From a virus: DNA of 64,000 nt. Of the stretch, positions 37,164-46,552 are shown one piece after another. The position numbers were made by a program, and so were the translations under genes. Numbering within the stretch: the stretch's first letter is position 1; each line of letters begins with the position of its first letter. The stretch covers positions 3,799 to 67,798 of the IMG/VR virus record IMGVR_UViG_3300042898_002111, one strand, 5' to 3'. A model generated the notes under the pieces. The model did no database searches. It was not told where the DNA came from and was given only the letters and a program-made list of their open reading frames with translations.

Positions 37164-38537
37164 CGAATTGTACCATTCTGCTAATCTAGGGAATGTTTGT
37201 GCTAAATTTCTGCTGCGCCGTATGTCGAACTCAGTAAAAAATGATTTAAAATCTTTTTCTAAATCATCCCTGTTAAATTCTACTGTGGCTTCATTAAATG
37301 TTGTATCCGGTCTCGATGAATTATTTTTATGCGGTATAGAGACGTCAGTTATATAGCCAATTACTCGAGTAATTTGATCTAGTTGGTATTGTGACATAGT
37401 GTCTGGCATTTTCAGTCGGCTGACCGTGGCAGCAATCTCATTACCCAATTCTACTCGTAACTGCGTGGGCAGGGTGATAATATTTTGAAAACTCGGGAAT
37501 CGTAATATGTTTACTGTATGCACAAATTTATCGTGGGGCTGTCCGAGGTATTTCTCCGCAAACCATTCCAGGAATTCAGCATACCCATCTGCTTGCAATA
37601 CGCCCATGGTGCAACATATCCCAACTTTACTAATACTCGGATGTGCTAAGACTTTATCGAGATTAGCAACCCATTGATCCCATTCTAATCCATCCCGGAT
37701 ATATTCATCCTTTGCGCCCACAGTCTCTGCACTAGTCCATACTTCAATTGGCTGAGTTATCTTACTGCACTTGTCAAGGAATTTTTGTAAAATCTCATCG
37801 CTGTACGCTAGATTTGTAGTTATGTGTATTTTACATTTACTTTTAGTCGGATTATCTGCTAGCCAATCTAATAACTTCCATGTGTATCCGCTCATCATTG
37901 GCTCACCACCAGTTATTCTGAGAATTTGTAGATTTTTATACAAACCCTGTTCCCACCACTTAAAAAATGCATCAGCATAAGGATTTTCTTCGCCAAACTT
38001 AATCGTCGAGTTGTCATTGGTGGTTGTATAAGAGAGTGTAGTGTCAGTTAGTAGTGTGTATTTGCCATTTTTACGAATGTCAGATGCCCAAGTAGAACTT
38101 ATTGCTGGGCTGCAATAACTACACCCAAGTTGGCAAGTTCTATCAAACGCAATTTCTAAATAGTCAAGATCATAATCAGCAGTTGCATCTCCATCGAATG
38201 CCGCTTGTAATCTGTCAGATGAACTTAATTGACTACTCATTACTCGGTCCGATGTACTGTCAGGGACAGTGTCTTCCATTACCCAACAAAATTGACAGCC
38301 GACAGGTTTTAATCCATCTTGCATCATCTTGCGTTCGGCTTTTTTACTGGAAGTATTATGCAATGCGGCTGGGTTTAATTTAATCTCTTCGGTGTCAATT
38401 GCATGCCACGGATTGTGGTGACAACTAGAGGTTGTGCCAGCGAAGAAATACATAGAAGCATTATACCATTTGGCGCCACAGAAACTAGGGCTTTTGCTAT
38501 CAAGCTCTTTTATTTTCCATTGTTTCAATGATGTCAT
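37158..38537 (-). CDS. Radical SAM protein (array member 4, subtype B)
   Basis: CGAKW..SCHH..CQFC; CQLGCSYC; GGEPM. Start at 38537 by ATGA coupling. Confidence 0.9.
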   Translation of the reverse strand: MTSLKQWKIKELDSKSPSFCGAKWYNASMYFFAGTTSSCHHNPWHAIDTEEIKLNPAALHNTSSKKAERKMMQDGLKPVGCQFCWVMEDTVPDSTSDRVMSSQLSSSDRLQAAFDGDATADYDLDYLEIAFDRTCQLGCSYCSPAISSTWASDIRKNGKYTLLTDTTLSYTTTNDNSTIKFGEENPYADAFFKWWEQGLYKNLQILRITGGEPMMSGYTWKLLDWLADNPTKSKCKIHITTNLAYSDEILQKFLDKCSKITQPIEVWTSAETVGAKDEYIRDGLEWDQWVANLDKVLAHPSISKVGICCTMGVLQADGYAEFLEWFAEKYLGQPHDKFVHTVNILRFPSFQNIITLPTQLRVELGNEIAATVSRLKMPDTMSQYQLDQITRVIGYITDVSIPHKNNSSRPDTTFNEATVEFNRDDLEKDFKSFFTEFDIRRSRNLAQTFPRLAEWYNSL

Positions 38538-38556
38538 AACGAATTGTACCATTCTG
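37158..38556. repeat. 23-bp perfect direct repeat TCATAACGAATTGTACCATTCTG at 37158-37180 and 38534-38556
   Basis: Both copies encode ..EWYNSL* of adjacent paralogs. Confidence 0.85.
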
Positions 38557-39883
38557 TTAATTCTGGGAACGTCTTGGTAAAGTCTTTACCTCGGCGCTGA
38601 TCGTATTGTGTATAAAATTGCTTGAAGTCTTGTTGTAATACTGCTTGTTCTGCAGATCCCATGTGTGGAGTTTTAACTACATCTAAATAATCAATTAAAC
38701 GCTGTACTTGATTAATTTCCATCTGATGTAAGAATTCATTGTTGCCATTGGCATCTAGCCAGGATTGAATGCGATGGCGGAATGTAGTTCTTAATTCGTC
38801 GGGTAATACCAGGGGACTTTGGAAGCTGGGAAATCTTAAAATATTTAGCGTAAATGTGGGGTAGTCCGAACCATATTCCTGTTTCCATTGTAGCAATATG
38901 TCCAGGAATATGTGCAACTTACTCAGGCACAGTGCATTAATGGTGCACATCATGTGGAATCCCTCAATGTTGCCATTGGCCAGAACTTTGTCCACATTGT
39001 TGGCCCAGTCTTCCCAGATCATGCCATCACGTATATATTCTGCCTGTAGTCCAGTGGCCTCATTGCTAGTATACAAGTGAAAATGTTTGATGCGGTGTGA
39101 GGCATCAACCATGCGGTCAATAAGATCGTCTTTGGCTCCCAGATTACTATTCATGGCAAAACGCATGTCAGTATCGTGTGTCTGAAACCAGTCCAACAAT
39201 TTCCAGGTATCGCCCGACATCAGTGGCTCGCCACCAGTCAGTCGCAACTCTTTTAGTGATCTATGAAGATCTGATTCCCACCATTTGAAGAATGCTTCAA
39301 CATACGGATTGGTTTCTCCAAACCGATAAAGTTGGCTACTGTCATGAGGATGAGTAAAGTGATTGCGACCATCAGATACCAGACCGGTGTAGGCTCCATT
39401 CCGGTTAATATCGTTAACCCAGGTACTGCTAAAAGCAGGATTGCAATAACTACAAGCGAAATTACATGTTCGGTCAAAAGCGATTTCAAGGGTCTGTAAG
39501 TCAACATCTTTATCTGATTCCAGATTGTAGGCATAATCTAAATCCTTATCGTCATATATGACCGTTTTGTATACACGGTCGCTGATATTATCTCGACCAA
39601 TGTCTTCTATCTTCCAACAATATTCGCAACCCGCTGGACGTTCACCACGTTGCATCTGATCACGTTCAGATTTCTTTTTGGCTGTATTATGCAGAGCTTT
39701 GGGATTGGCCAATACATCAGCCACTTCCACTTTATGTGGTAACGGGTGGTGACAACTGGTGGTCATTCCACTGCCCAGCCAGATGGTGGCGTTATACCAT
39801 TTGGCACCACAAAACGATTCTGACTTAATGTCAATTACGCGGCGCTTATAATCTAAATCGGTTTCTTTATCAAGTCTCGGCAT
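38534..39883 (-). CDS. Radical SAM protein (array member 3, subtype B)
   Basis: CGAKW..SCHH..CEYC; CNFACSYC; GGEPL. Confidence 0.9.
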   Translation of the reverse strand: MPRLDKETDLDYKRRVIDIKSESFCGAKWYNATIWLGSGMTTSCHHPLPHKVEVADVLANPKALHNTAKKKSERDQMQRGERPAGCEYCWKIEDIGRDNISDRVYKTVIYDDKDLDYAYNLESDKDVDLQTLEIAFDRTCNFACSYCNPAFSSTWVNDINRNGAYTGLVSDGRNHFTHPHDSSQLYRFGETNPYVEAFFKWWESDLHRSLKELRLTGGEPLMSGDTWKLLDWFQTHDTDMRFAMNSNLGAKDDLIDRMVDASHRIKHFHLYTSNEATGLQAEYIRDGMIWEDWANNVDKVLANGNIEGFHMMCTINALCLSKLHIFLDILLQWKQEYGSDYPTFTLNILRFPSFQSPLVLPDELRTTFRHRIQSWLDANGNNEFLHQMEINQVQRLIDYLDVVKTPHMGSAEQAVLQQDFKQFYTQYDQRRGKDFTKTFPELTEWYNSL

Positions 39884-41019
39884 TGTTCCAACTCTGGTAT
39901 GTAATCTTGCAGTTTTATATTTCTTGATTTATCCAATGTGTCATTATACTGGAAAAATTCCGATAATGCAACCAGATTAACTTTATTATTTTGTATTTCT
40001 GTAGTGAAAAAATCTAATTTAGAGGCAAATGACGCATCTGATACATATCTACGTGATTGTTTACATTTGGCTAGATCCAACAAAGCCAATTCCTTATTAG
40101 GGAAGGTGGTGAATTGTAAATACTGCTTTCCGTATACTTGATTTAATAATACAGTATTGTTGGGGAATTCATTATCAAAAAATTCAATCAATTTACTCAA
40201 TTGTGATATGTTCCAAATACTTACAGTGACATTGAATGCCATTGTTGGGGTAATAGCAGAAATACCCCGTAAGTTTGATACCAGTGACTCCCAATCAGTT
40301 GGCCAACGTATATATCTATTAACCTGATCATAACCGTCAATACTACATATAATTTCCAAATTGGTAAATTGTGCCAATAATTCTCGGTATTCTTTGTTTA
40401 AATTGGTCGCATTAGTATTCATACGAATCTTAATGTCGGTTCGTCTAGCTGCGATAGCCCTTTTAAGAAATAATCTGAATCCTTGCATTAAACTGGGCTC
40501 TCCCCCAGCTACATACACCATCTTAACAGTATTTAAATCAACAATGTCATTGAGTCCTTGTGCTTCTTTTTTGGATAGGTCATTGAAGAACCACCCAATT
40601 TCTTTATATTCTTTTTCCAATTGGCTGCTAAACTGGGGGCTGCACATACGACAACTTAAATTGCATAAATTGTCGTTTCTAATATCATAATATACTAGAT
40701 CAGTGATTACATTTTCCACATGATCTAAATTAAGTTTATGCATCCATTCCGCCGTGTCACGAATTCTAGAGCTGTCAGATCTAGCATCCTCGTACTCATA
40801 GCATTTGGTACAATGTTTGATCCGTTCTCCGGATAACATTTTTCGGCGAACTTCCTGCATTTCTGGGTCGTTTACAAAGTCAAAGTCTTTGGTATATTTT
40901 TTTACTGTCTGACCATCAGCCAGACAGCAGAGTTTGATGTCGTTTTTTTCGTTCACGTGTAAATGAACAAAGGGCAAAATACAGAACGATTTGTTTTCTT
41001 TAAGATCTATTTTGTGCAT
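39853..41019 (-). CDS. Radical SAM protein (array member 2, subtype A)
   Basis: CILPF..LCC..CTKC; CNLSCRMC; GGEPS. Confidence 0.9.
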   Translation of the reverse strand: MHKIDLKENKSFCILPFVHLHVNEKNDIKLCCLADGQTVKKYTKDFDFVNDPEMQEVRRKMLSGERIKHCTKCYEYEDARSDSSRIRDTAEWMHKLNLDHVENVITDLVYYDIRNDNLCNLSCRMCSPQFSSQLEKEYKEIGWFFNDLSKKEAQGLNDIVDLNTVKMVYVAGGEPSLMQGFRLFLKRAIAARRTDIKIRMNTNATNLNKEYRELLAQFTNLEIICSIDGYDQVNRYIRWPTDWESLVSNLRGISAITPTMAFNVTVSIWNISQLSKLIEFFDNEFPNNTVLLNQVYGKQYLQFTTFPNKELALLDLAKCKQSRRYVSDASFASKLDFFTTEIQNNKVNLVALSEFFQYNDTLDKSRNIKLQDYIPELEQCRDLIKKPI

Positions 41020-42388
41020 GGTATCGGCATTCCTTCCAGAATTCGTTCATTTCTGGAAAAGTCTCTTCAAAGTTAGTTTTACGACGTTTGTCGTGTTCGT
41101 GAAAAAATTTATAAAAATCTGCTCGTTGTAGTTTAACATAATCCGGATCCAGATTGCAACCTTCCTTCATCCAATCCACATCACGACGCATACGCTGTAC
41201 CTCGTAATCCTTAAAGCCTTGGAATGGCTCTTCGGCCGTTTCTAGATTTTCCTCCATCCAATCAGCTACTTGGGCTAACTTATCGGCATATACTGGTGGC
41301 AGTATCTGTAAACTTTGCCAGGTGGGGGTTCGCAACAATGGTGTATCAAACCATACACGTTGATAAGTTGTACTATACTGTCTCCGCAAACTCAATATCC
41401 AGCCCAACTGTTGCTTCAAGCCAGTGACACTAAGATTGTTCATGGTAATAATGAAGGTCAGACTATTGCGATAAGGTATATGTTCTAGGAACATATTAGA
41501 GTAGCTGGCCATACGACTAAAATTCAATCCATGACGTATGTATTCTGCTTGGGCGGGATTACCAGAATCCAGGCTGACAAATTGCATGAAATGTTCAATT
41601 TGTGTGTTGCATAACTGTTTGACATAGTCCAGATATTTGTTGAATATTGCTGGCTCCACACTAAAGTTGCTGGTGACATTCAGATGAAGGTCGGACTTGG
41701 GAAATGCTAAAACATAATCAAATACTTTATATGTGTTCCGGTCCAACAATGGCTCACCACCGGTCATGCGGAAATGTTTCAGACGGGTATAAAGCGTGGG
41801 CCACCAGGCCCAGAATGCATCAACATATGGATTATCCTCTCTAGCAGGAATTGGTCTACGACTGCCAGTAAAATGGCTAGGATCATTATGAATAGTACTA
41901 GTAGGATAACCACCCCAACGGTCAACTTCTTGTTGCCACGAGCTGCTGAACTGTGGACTGCAATAACTACATTTGAGATTACAAGCGTGATTAAAATTAA
42001 CTTCAACATAACTAGGTATAGCATCTTCTTCTCCAGTGCTATTCATTATTTCAGTAAATTCATCGGCCGCCCATTTCTCACCCGATCGATAATGTCTATC
42101 ACTCAATTGTCCGTGTGATTCTATATTCCAACAATAACTACACTCAGCAGGCTTCTCCTGACGTAGCATTATTTTGCGTTGTTCTTTCTTGTGCGGTGTA
42201 TTGTGTAATGCACTGGGGTTGTCAACCAACAAACTGGCATCAATGGGATGCAATGGTGGATGATAACAACTATTATTCAGCCCAGTGGGCAAATGTAGAC
42301 TAACCTGTTTCCACTTGGCCAGACACATGGCATTACCCAGATTATCTTTCATCCATTCAGCTGATGCCATGAAGTCGCTTTTACTCAC
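41000..42388 (-). CDS. Radical SAM protein (array member 1, subtype B)
   Basis: CLAKW..SCYH..CSYC; CNLKCSYC; GGEPL. Confidence 0.9.
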   Translation of the reverse strand: MSKSDFMASAEWMKDNLGNAMCLAKWKQVSLHLPTGLNNSCYHPPLHPIDASLLVDNPSALHNTPHKKEQRKIMLRQEKPAECSYCWNIESHGQLSDRHYRSGEKWAADEFTEIMNSTGEEDAIPSYVEVNFNHACNLKCSYCSPQFSSSWQQEVDRWGGYPTSTIHNDPSHFTGSRRPIPAREDNPYVDAFWAWWPTLYTRLKHFRMTGGEPLLDRNTYKVFDYVLAFPKSDLHLNVTSNFSVEPAIFNKYLDYVKQLCNTQIEHFMQFVSLDSGNPAQAEYIRHGLNFSRMASYSNMFLEHIPYRNSLTFIITMNNLSVTGLKQQLGWILSLRRQYSTTYQRVWFDTPLLRTPTWQSLQILPPVYADKLAQVADWMEENLETAEEPFQGFKDYEVQRMRRDVDWMKEGCNLDPDYVKLQRADFYKFFHEHDKRRKTNFEETFPEMNEFWKECRYHAQNRS

Positions 42389-43274
42389 GGGTCATTGGTC
42401 CTATGTTTCTATGTTGTGCTTTATAATGATGTTTAAAGAACTTGCTTTCAGTCGTGTTGTAAGTGACTATGGGCAATCTGAGACGCTGCCGCAAGGTTTC
42501 ACCCAGTGAATCCATGGCAGTCTGGTCGTGTGTACTAAACGTAGCCCACAAATCAGCTAGTACATCAAAACTTTGCACCTGTTTATGATCCCAGTCACGT
42601 AGCATGGTATAATATGTTCCCAGACGAGCACCGTACATGGCCCACCACCCATTTTCAACATCTGCGCCCACACTCTGCCAGATGCATAGATTGTCATAGT
42701 TGCGACTAACTATACGACTTTCAAATTCAGACAGTGCAGTTTTTACACCCCGATCCAGGCACATTTTGACACCCTCACGGAATCCTGCTCGCCAGGCCTG
42801 GAACGGGGTAGAATTGGGGTATGTAGTACTATAACAATCATTCATGGCCCAATAATTGGGATAAAAACAAAATTCAACATCATTGGACGCTGATCCATCA
42901 CTAGCCTCGTGAGTTTTCATATTATATACAAAGTCCTTAGTCCAACAACTCATACCACCATTGCCGTACATCAACCCATTAATGTGATTTCTTGCACGCC
43001 AACGAAATACACAATCACGATTGGCGTCAGTTAGTGTCAATTGTAGGTTAAAAAATTCAGGATCAGGCAAATTATCACCATCAATGAGAATAAATCGGTC
43101 AGTCTCACTTGCATCTGCTGCTGCTTTATGTGCTGCATCTGAGCCTTTGACTCCATCTACCCTCTTGGCCCAGGGCACCATATTTTGAATCTTAACCCAA
43201 AACTCTTCTTTTTTAGGTTCATCGTAAGTCAAATATATTGTGTCAAGATCAGCTACGTCAATTATTTGTGTCAT
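42381..43274 (-). CDS. GT-A-fold glycosyltransferase-like protein
   Basis: YLTYDEP, RVDGVKG...AHKAAA, FILIDGDN (DxD), NGLMYGNGG and AWRAGFREGVK. Confidence 0.65.
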   Translation of the reverse strand: MTQIIDVADLDTIYLTYDEPKKEEFWVKIQNMVPWAKRVDGVKGSDAAHKAAADASETDRFILIDGDNLPDPEFFNLQLTLTDANRDCVFRWRARNHINGLMYGNGGMSCWTKDFVYNMKTHEASDGSASNDVEFCFYPNYWAMNDCYSTTYPNSTPFQAWRAGFREGVKMCLDRGVKTALSEFESRIVSRNYDNLCIWQSVGADVENGWWAMYGARLGTYYTMLRDWDHKQVQSFDVLADLWATFSTHDQTAMDSLGETLRQRLRLPIVTYNTTESKFFKHHYKAQHRNIGPMTRE

Positions 43275-43629
43275 AATATTCTATATCCGTATATACTTCT
43301 GTTTCTGCCAATGGCACAACCGCATGTCCTTTTACCACCGCTTGGCCTTGTGTGGACTTTTTTAATCTAAATGTTTCATTAATACTTGGATTTAACAAGG
43401 TCAACTTATTATCATTAACACGAAGTAGACTGGTATTATGTCGATGAAATTCATCTGGATGTGATAAGACGATATAATCACCATTGGGAAAATCTCGTTC
43501 CCAAAGTCCAATAATTGTGCCGTCCTCATGGTAATATAATCTGAATTCCTTAACCGCTAATTTGGCAGCACGCTCAGCGTCTGCTTCAGCAATCAATCGC
43601 CAGGCTAGTTCGTAATCGTCTGAATCCAT
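43258..43629 (-). CDS. Hypothetical protein
   Basis: EFRLYY..DG.II motif; overlaps both neighbours. Confidence 0.7.
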   Translation of the reverse strand: MDSDDYELAWRLIAEADAERAAKLAVKEFRLYYHEDGTIIGLWERDFPNGDYIVLSHPDEFHRHNTSLLRVNDNKLTLLNPSINETFRLKKSTQGQAVVKGHAVVPLAETEVYTDIEYYDTNN

Positions 43630-44432
43630 TGTTTATCGTAATAGTGTAATGGGTGGTATTGATTTACATTATTAATGCGAATCATGTTGCCATCCCGTTC
43701 AACATTAAACACATCTGAAAATGACTGTTCCTCAGCATATCCATTAATGCCCGGCTTCATATGCACAAAATTTATAAAATCCAAACTGGGGGCTGTACAC
43801 AATTCAGGACCAACTATCTGTGCTGTTAATGCATACAACAAATCAGTACTGGGAGTTTCTTCATCACAGCCCATGATTGATGATCTGATTGCAGGCCAGT
43901 TTTCAAATATGGTTCTAGCAGTGGAGAAAAACTGCTGAGCTTCCTGACTAAATCTAAAATACATCAACCCATTATATACATCAGGCAAATGATTGTTGTC
44001 AAAAATCTGACGATACTTTCTTACTGAACTCAATTCTTGCTGATAATTTCTGCAACCAGTACTCAAACATACATTTCGCAATTTAAATGCAGTCCACCAG
44101 TGATCTATACTGCGAGTAAACAACAAGTCACTTTCTAACTTAATAGTTTCCTTAAATGGCGTTAACCAAAAGACCTGCCATTCATTAGCTAACCGCCAAG
44201 TAGAATCAGGGCTATTAAAATCGTGTGTAATATCGATGATGTAATCAAATACTGATAGGTGTTGGTCATTTATTTGAGCTCTAGTTGCGGCGTCTACTGC
44301 CACTGCAAATTGATTATGCTTCTGTGTTGCTTTAATATTTAGTGCTTGTAGATAAGCCAGATGTAGATAGTCTACATCAGCAGTATTTTGTGCGAATGTA
44401 AAATAACCCCGCTGTGCTTTATGCCAACTCAC
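43605..44432 (-). CDS. GT8-like glycosyltransferase-fold protein
   Basis: FAQN..DY..LAY.QA, TPFKETIKLESDLL, YR..F..N.LP.VY and FVHMKP. Confidence 0.6.
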   Translation of the reverse strand: MSWHKAQRGYFTFAQNTADVDYLHLAYLQALNIKATQKHNQFAVAVDAATRAQINDQHLSVFDYIIDITHDFNSPDSTWRLANEWQVFWLTPFKETIKLESDLLFTRSIDHWWTAFKLRNVCLSTGCRNYQQELSSVRKYRQIFDNNHLPDVYNGLMYFRFSQEAQQFFSTARTIFENWPAIRSSIMGCDEETPSTDLLYALTAQIVGPELCTAPSLDFINFVHMKPGINGYAEEQSFSDVFNVERDGNMIRINNVNQYHPLHYYDKQWIQTITN

Positions 44433-45219
44433 TGTCTATAAACTCCCTAAACTGTTCACTTTGTAGATATGCTTTGCTCATGACATGCATGTTAGTACGT
44501 GGGATTACATAAGCTCTGTCGACATCACGTACAATGAAGTTAGTTCCTTGTGATGTAATATTAGTAACTGCATTATCTATGTGCAACATTGGTCCCAGTA
44601 ATGCTGGTGCCCCCAGTGGATTATAACCATTAAGTGCCATGTCGGCAATAGCAAATGCATGATCATTTCTAAAGTTGCGTTGTTCAATATTATACAATGC
44701 GCGATAGAAACCGTAGTTTTCTTGTATACGCCTAATTAAATCAAAATAAATTCTGGACCGTGATGTCTTTTTAAATGCGAATGCAGTGGCCCAGACGTAG
44801 GGTAAACTGTTTGATCCCATGTATTTGGGATACTGTTGAGTTAATCCCGTGGCATCACGTATCACTTGCCAGTCCCAGAGTTCTAGATCAAAAACACAAG
44901 AAACCGAGTCGTTGAATATTAAAAAGTCAGCATCAATTACCAGAGTTTCATCATATGGACTTAGTTCATAGGCCTGATAACGGCCTGCATTACGCCACTG
45001 CACAAATCGACCCGTGTCAGTATCATAACGCTGATTATCGTAATCCTGGGCATTGTCTGTAATTAGAGTATATGGCAGGCCCAGTGTTTTACTGGCTAGT
45101 TTTAACGTGCGTTCAGCGATACTAACATAATCTGTGGTGTCAGTATTGTAGGCAAATGCAAGGATCCCTCTAGATTTTTCGGACACGTTTAAGCTCTGCG
45201 TGTTGTTGTTGCCAATCAT
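44419..45219 (-). CDS. GT8-like glycosyltransferase (paralog of the previous gene)
   Basis: FAYN..DY..IA, SPYDETLVIDADFL (DxD), WAT, FRND.AF.IA and HVMSK. Start may be GTG at 45186. Confidence 0.65.
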   Translation of the reverse strand: MIGNNNTQSLNVSEKSRGILAFAYNTDTTDYVSIAERTLKLASKTLGLPYTLITDNAQDYDNQRYDTDTGRFVQWRNAGRYQAYELSPYDETLVIDADFLIFNDSVSCVFDLELWDWQVIRDATGLTQQYPKYMGSNSLPYVWATAFAFKKTSRSRIYFDLIRRIQENYGFYRALYNIEQRNFRNDHAFAIADMALNGYNPLGAPALLGPMLHIDNAVTNITSQGTNFIVRDVDRAYVIPRTNMHVMSKAYLQSEQFREFIDSELA

Positions 45220-45517
45220 TCATTACTCGTTGATAATGTTCACAGGCTGTGCGATAAAATTCTGCACAACTTTCAATATGGATGGGGTTTCCGTAGGTAT
45301 CTTCCATGAACATACTGTCACCACCTCTCCAGGGCCACACCTCATCTGCACTGCGCCAAGCGTGTACGAATGCTATCAATTCTGGTGTGGCTTTAAACAA
45401 ACCTCCATTATGGGTAAAGTGGAGGTCTGTCTGAATCTTTTCTTTTAAAATCTTTCGATTAACCTGATAGTCAGTGGCTTGCTTTAATTGTTCAACAATT
45501 TCTGGTATGTCGCTCAT
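45170..45517 (-). CDS. Hypothetical protein
   Basis: CAGGA SD; NGGLFKATPELI.F..D.YGNP motif. Confidence 0.7.
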   Translation of the reverse strand: MSDIPEIVEQLKQATDYQVNRKILKEKIQTDLHFTHNGGLFKATPELIAFVHAWRSADEVWPWRGGDSMFMEDTYGNPIHIESCAEFYRTACEHYQRVMNDWQQQHAELKRVRKI

Positions 45518-45530
45518 GGATTTCCTGCGT

Positions 45531-45577
45531 AGAAAAAAGGCATAGTAGATTTTACACTACCATGCCCCGATTGTCAA
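45531..45577 (-). terminator. Intrinsic terminator overlapping a sigma70 promoter (module boundary)
   Basis: On the - strand: TTGACA-17-TAAAAT, with the -10 in the loop of the hairpin GGCATGGTAG/CTACTATGCC followed by TTTTTT. Confidence 0.65.
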
Positions 45578-45587
45578 CTATATTAGA

Positions 45588-46538
45588 TTATAGCGAAGAA
45601 ATAGTTACTGCGCCCCAAGTATTGCTTATGTTTGTAACTTCTGGGAAGCTAACATCAATCGAACGAATAACGTTGATGCCCAAACTATCATCAAAACTTC
45701 CCCCAGCATTGGCACCAGATGTTGAGCTTAGGTTAATCCAGAAATCTACGTTTAGACCATTGCCGTTATTGGATCCTTGAGTACCGTTGCAACTTACTGT
45801 AATTGTTCCAGTGTCGGTGGTATAAGAAGTAGTGGTACTGGTAATGCTGACTATTGTTACGTTGCTGTTGTATGTGCTGGTCCAATAACCCTTGGTTGTA
45901 TCGTTTGTGCCCAGTGTTCCACCAGCACCAGTTCTACCACCGTTGGTATTGGCGGCAAACAGTGCCACGCCGCCCAGATATGTTAAGATATTAATAGCTG
46001 CGTTGGTACGGGCTGTGGTACTGGCGTTTTGTGTACCGCTAGTATTTAATTTTAGTCTGCCGCCAGCGTTAAAAAAGTATCTAGCCTGATCAGCTGATGC
46101 AAATGTAGCACGTACACCAAAAGATCTAGCCAACGTAGATGACGTTGTGGTACTAGTCCAGGCTGTGGATTGGTTAGATCCGGCAACTACAGCTGAGTTG
46201 GATGCAAAATTCAAACGGTTGGTATAGCTAGTGGTGATACTTGTTGAAAGAGTGCTTAAATGATTTATTTTTCCACCAGCAACAGTGGCACTAATACCCG
46301 ATCCCGAACCTGCTTGGTGTGTTAATATGCTGTTCAATGTGTTGATAAGTGATGCCCATTGAGTGGCCGTTACTATTCCAGCAGCAGACACTTGACTGAC
46401 CGCAGTCTGTCCGTAGCCAGCACTACCGCTACCAACTGACCAAACTGTATTAATTCGGTTGGTAGTACTACTGGGACTGGTGCCTACAAATGTGTTGTAG
46501 TCTGCGGCATCGATCTTTCCGCCTTGTGAGTATGACAT
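45588..46538 (-). CDS. Virion structural protein (tail-fibre/baseplate-associated)
   Basis: MSY..G..I.A.DYN, GYGQ, TATQW..L and ARYFFNAGG; Thr/Ser/Gly-rich. Confidence 0.65.
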   Translation of the reverse strand: MSYSQGGKIDAADYNTFVGTSPSSTTNRINTVWSVGSGSAGYGQTAVSQVSAAGIVTATQWASLINTLNSILTHQAGSGSGISATVAGGKINHLSTLSTSITTSYTNRLNFASNSAVVAGSNQSTAWTSTTTSSTLARSFGVRATFASADQARYFFNAGGRLKLNTSGTQNASTTARTNAAINILTYLGGVALFAANTNGGRTGAGGTLGTNDTTKGYWTSTYNSNVTIVSITSTTTSYTTDTGTITVSCNGTQGSNNGNGLNVDFWINLSSTSGANAGGSFDDSLGINVIRSIDVSFPEVTNISNTWGAVTISSL

Positions 46539-46552
46539 TTACTGTTTATCCT

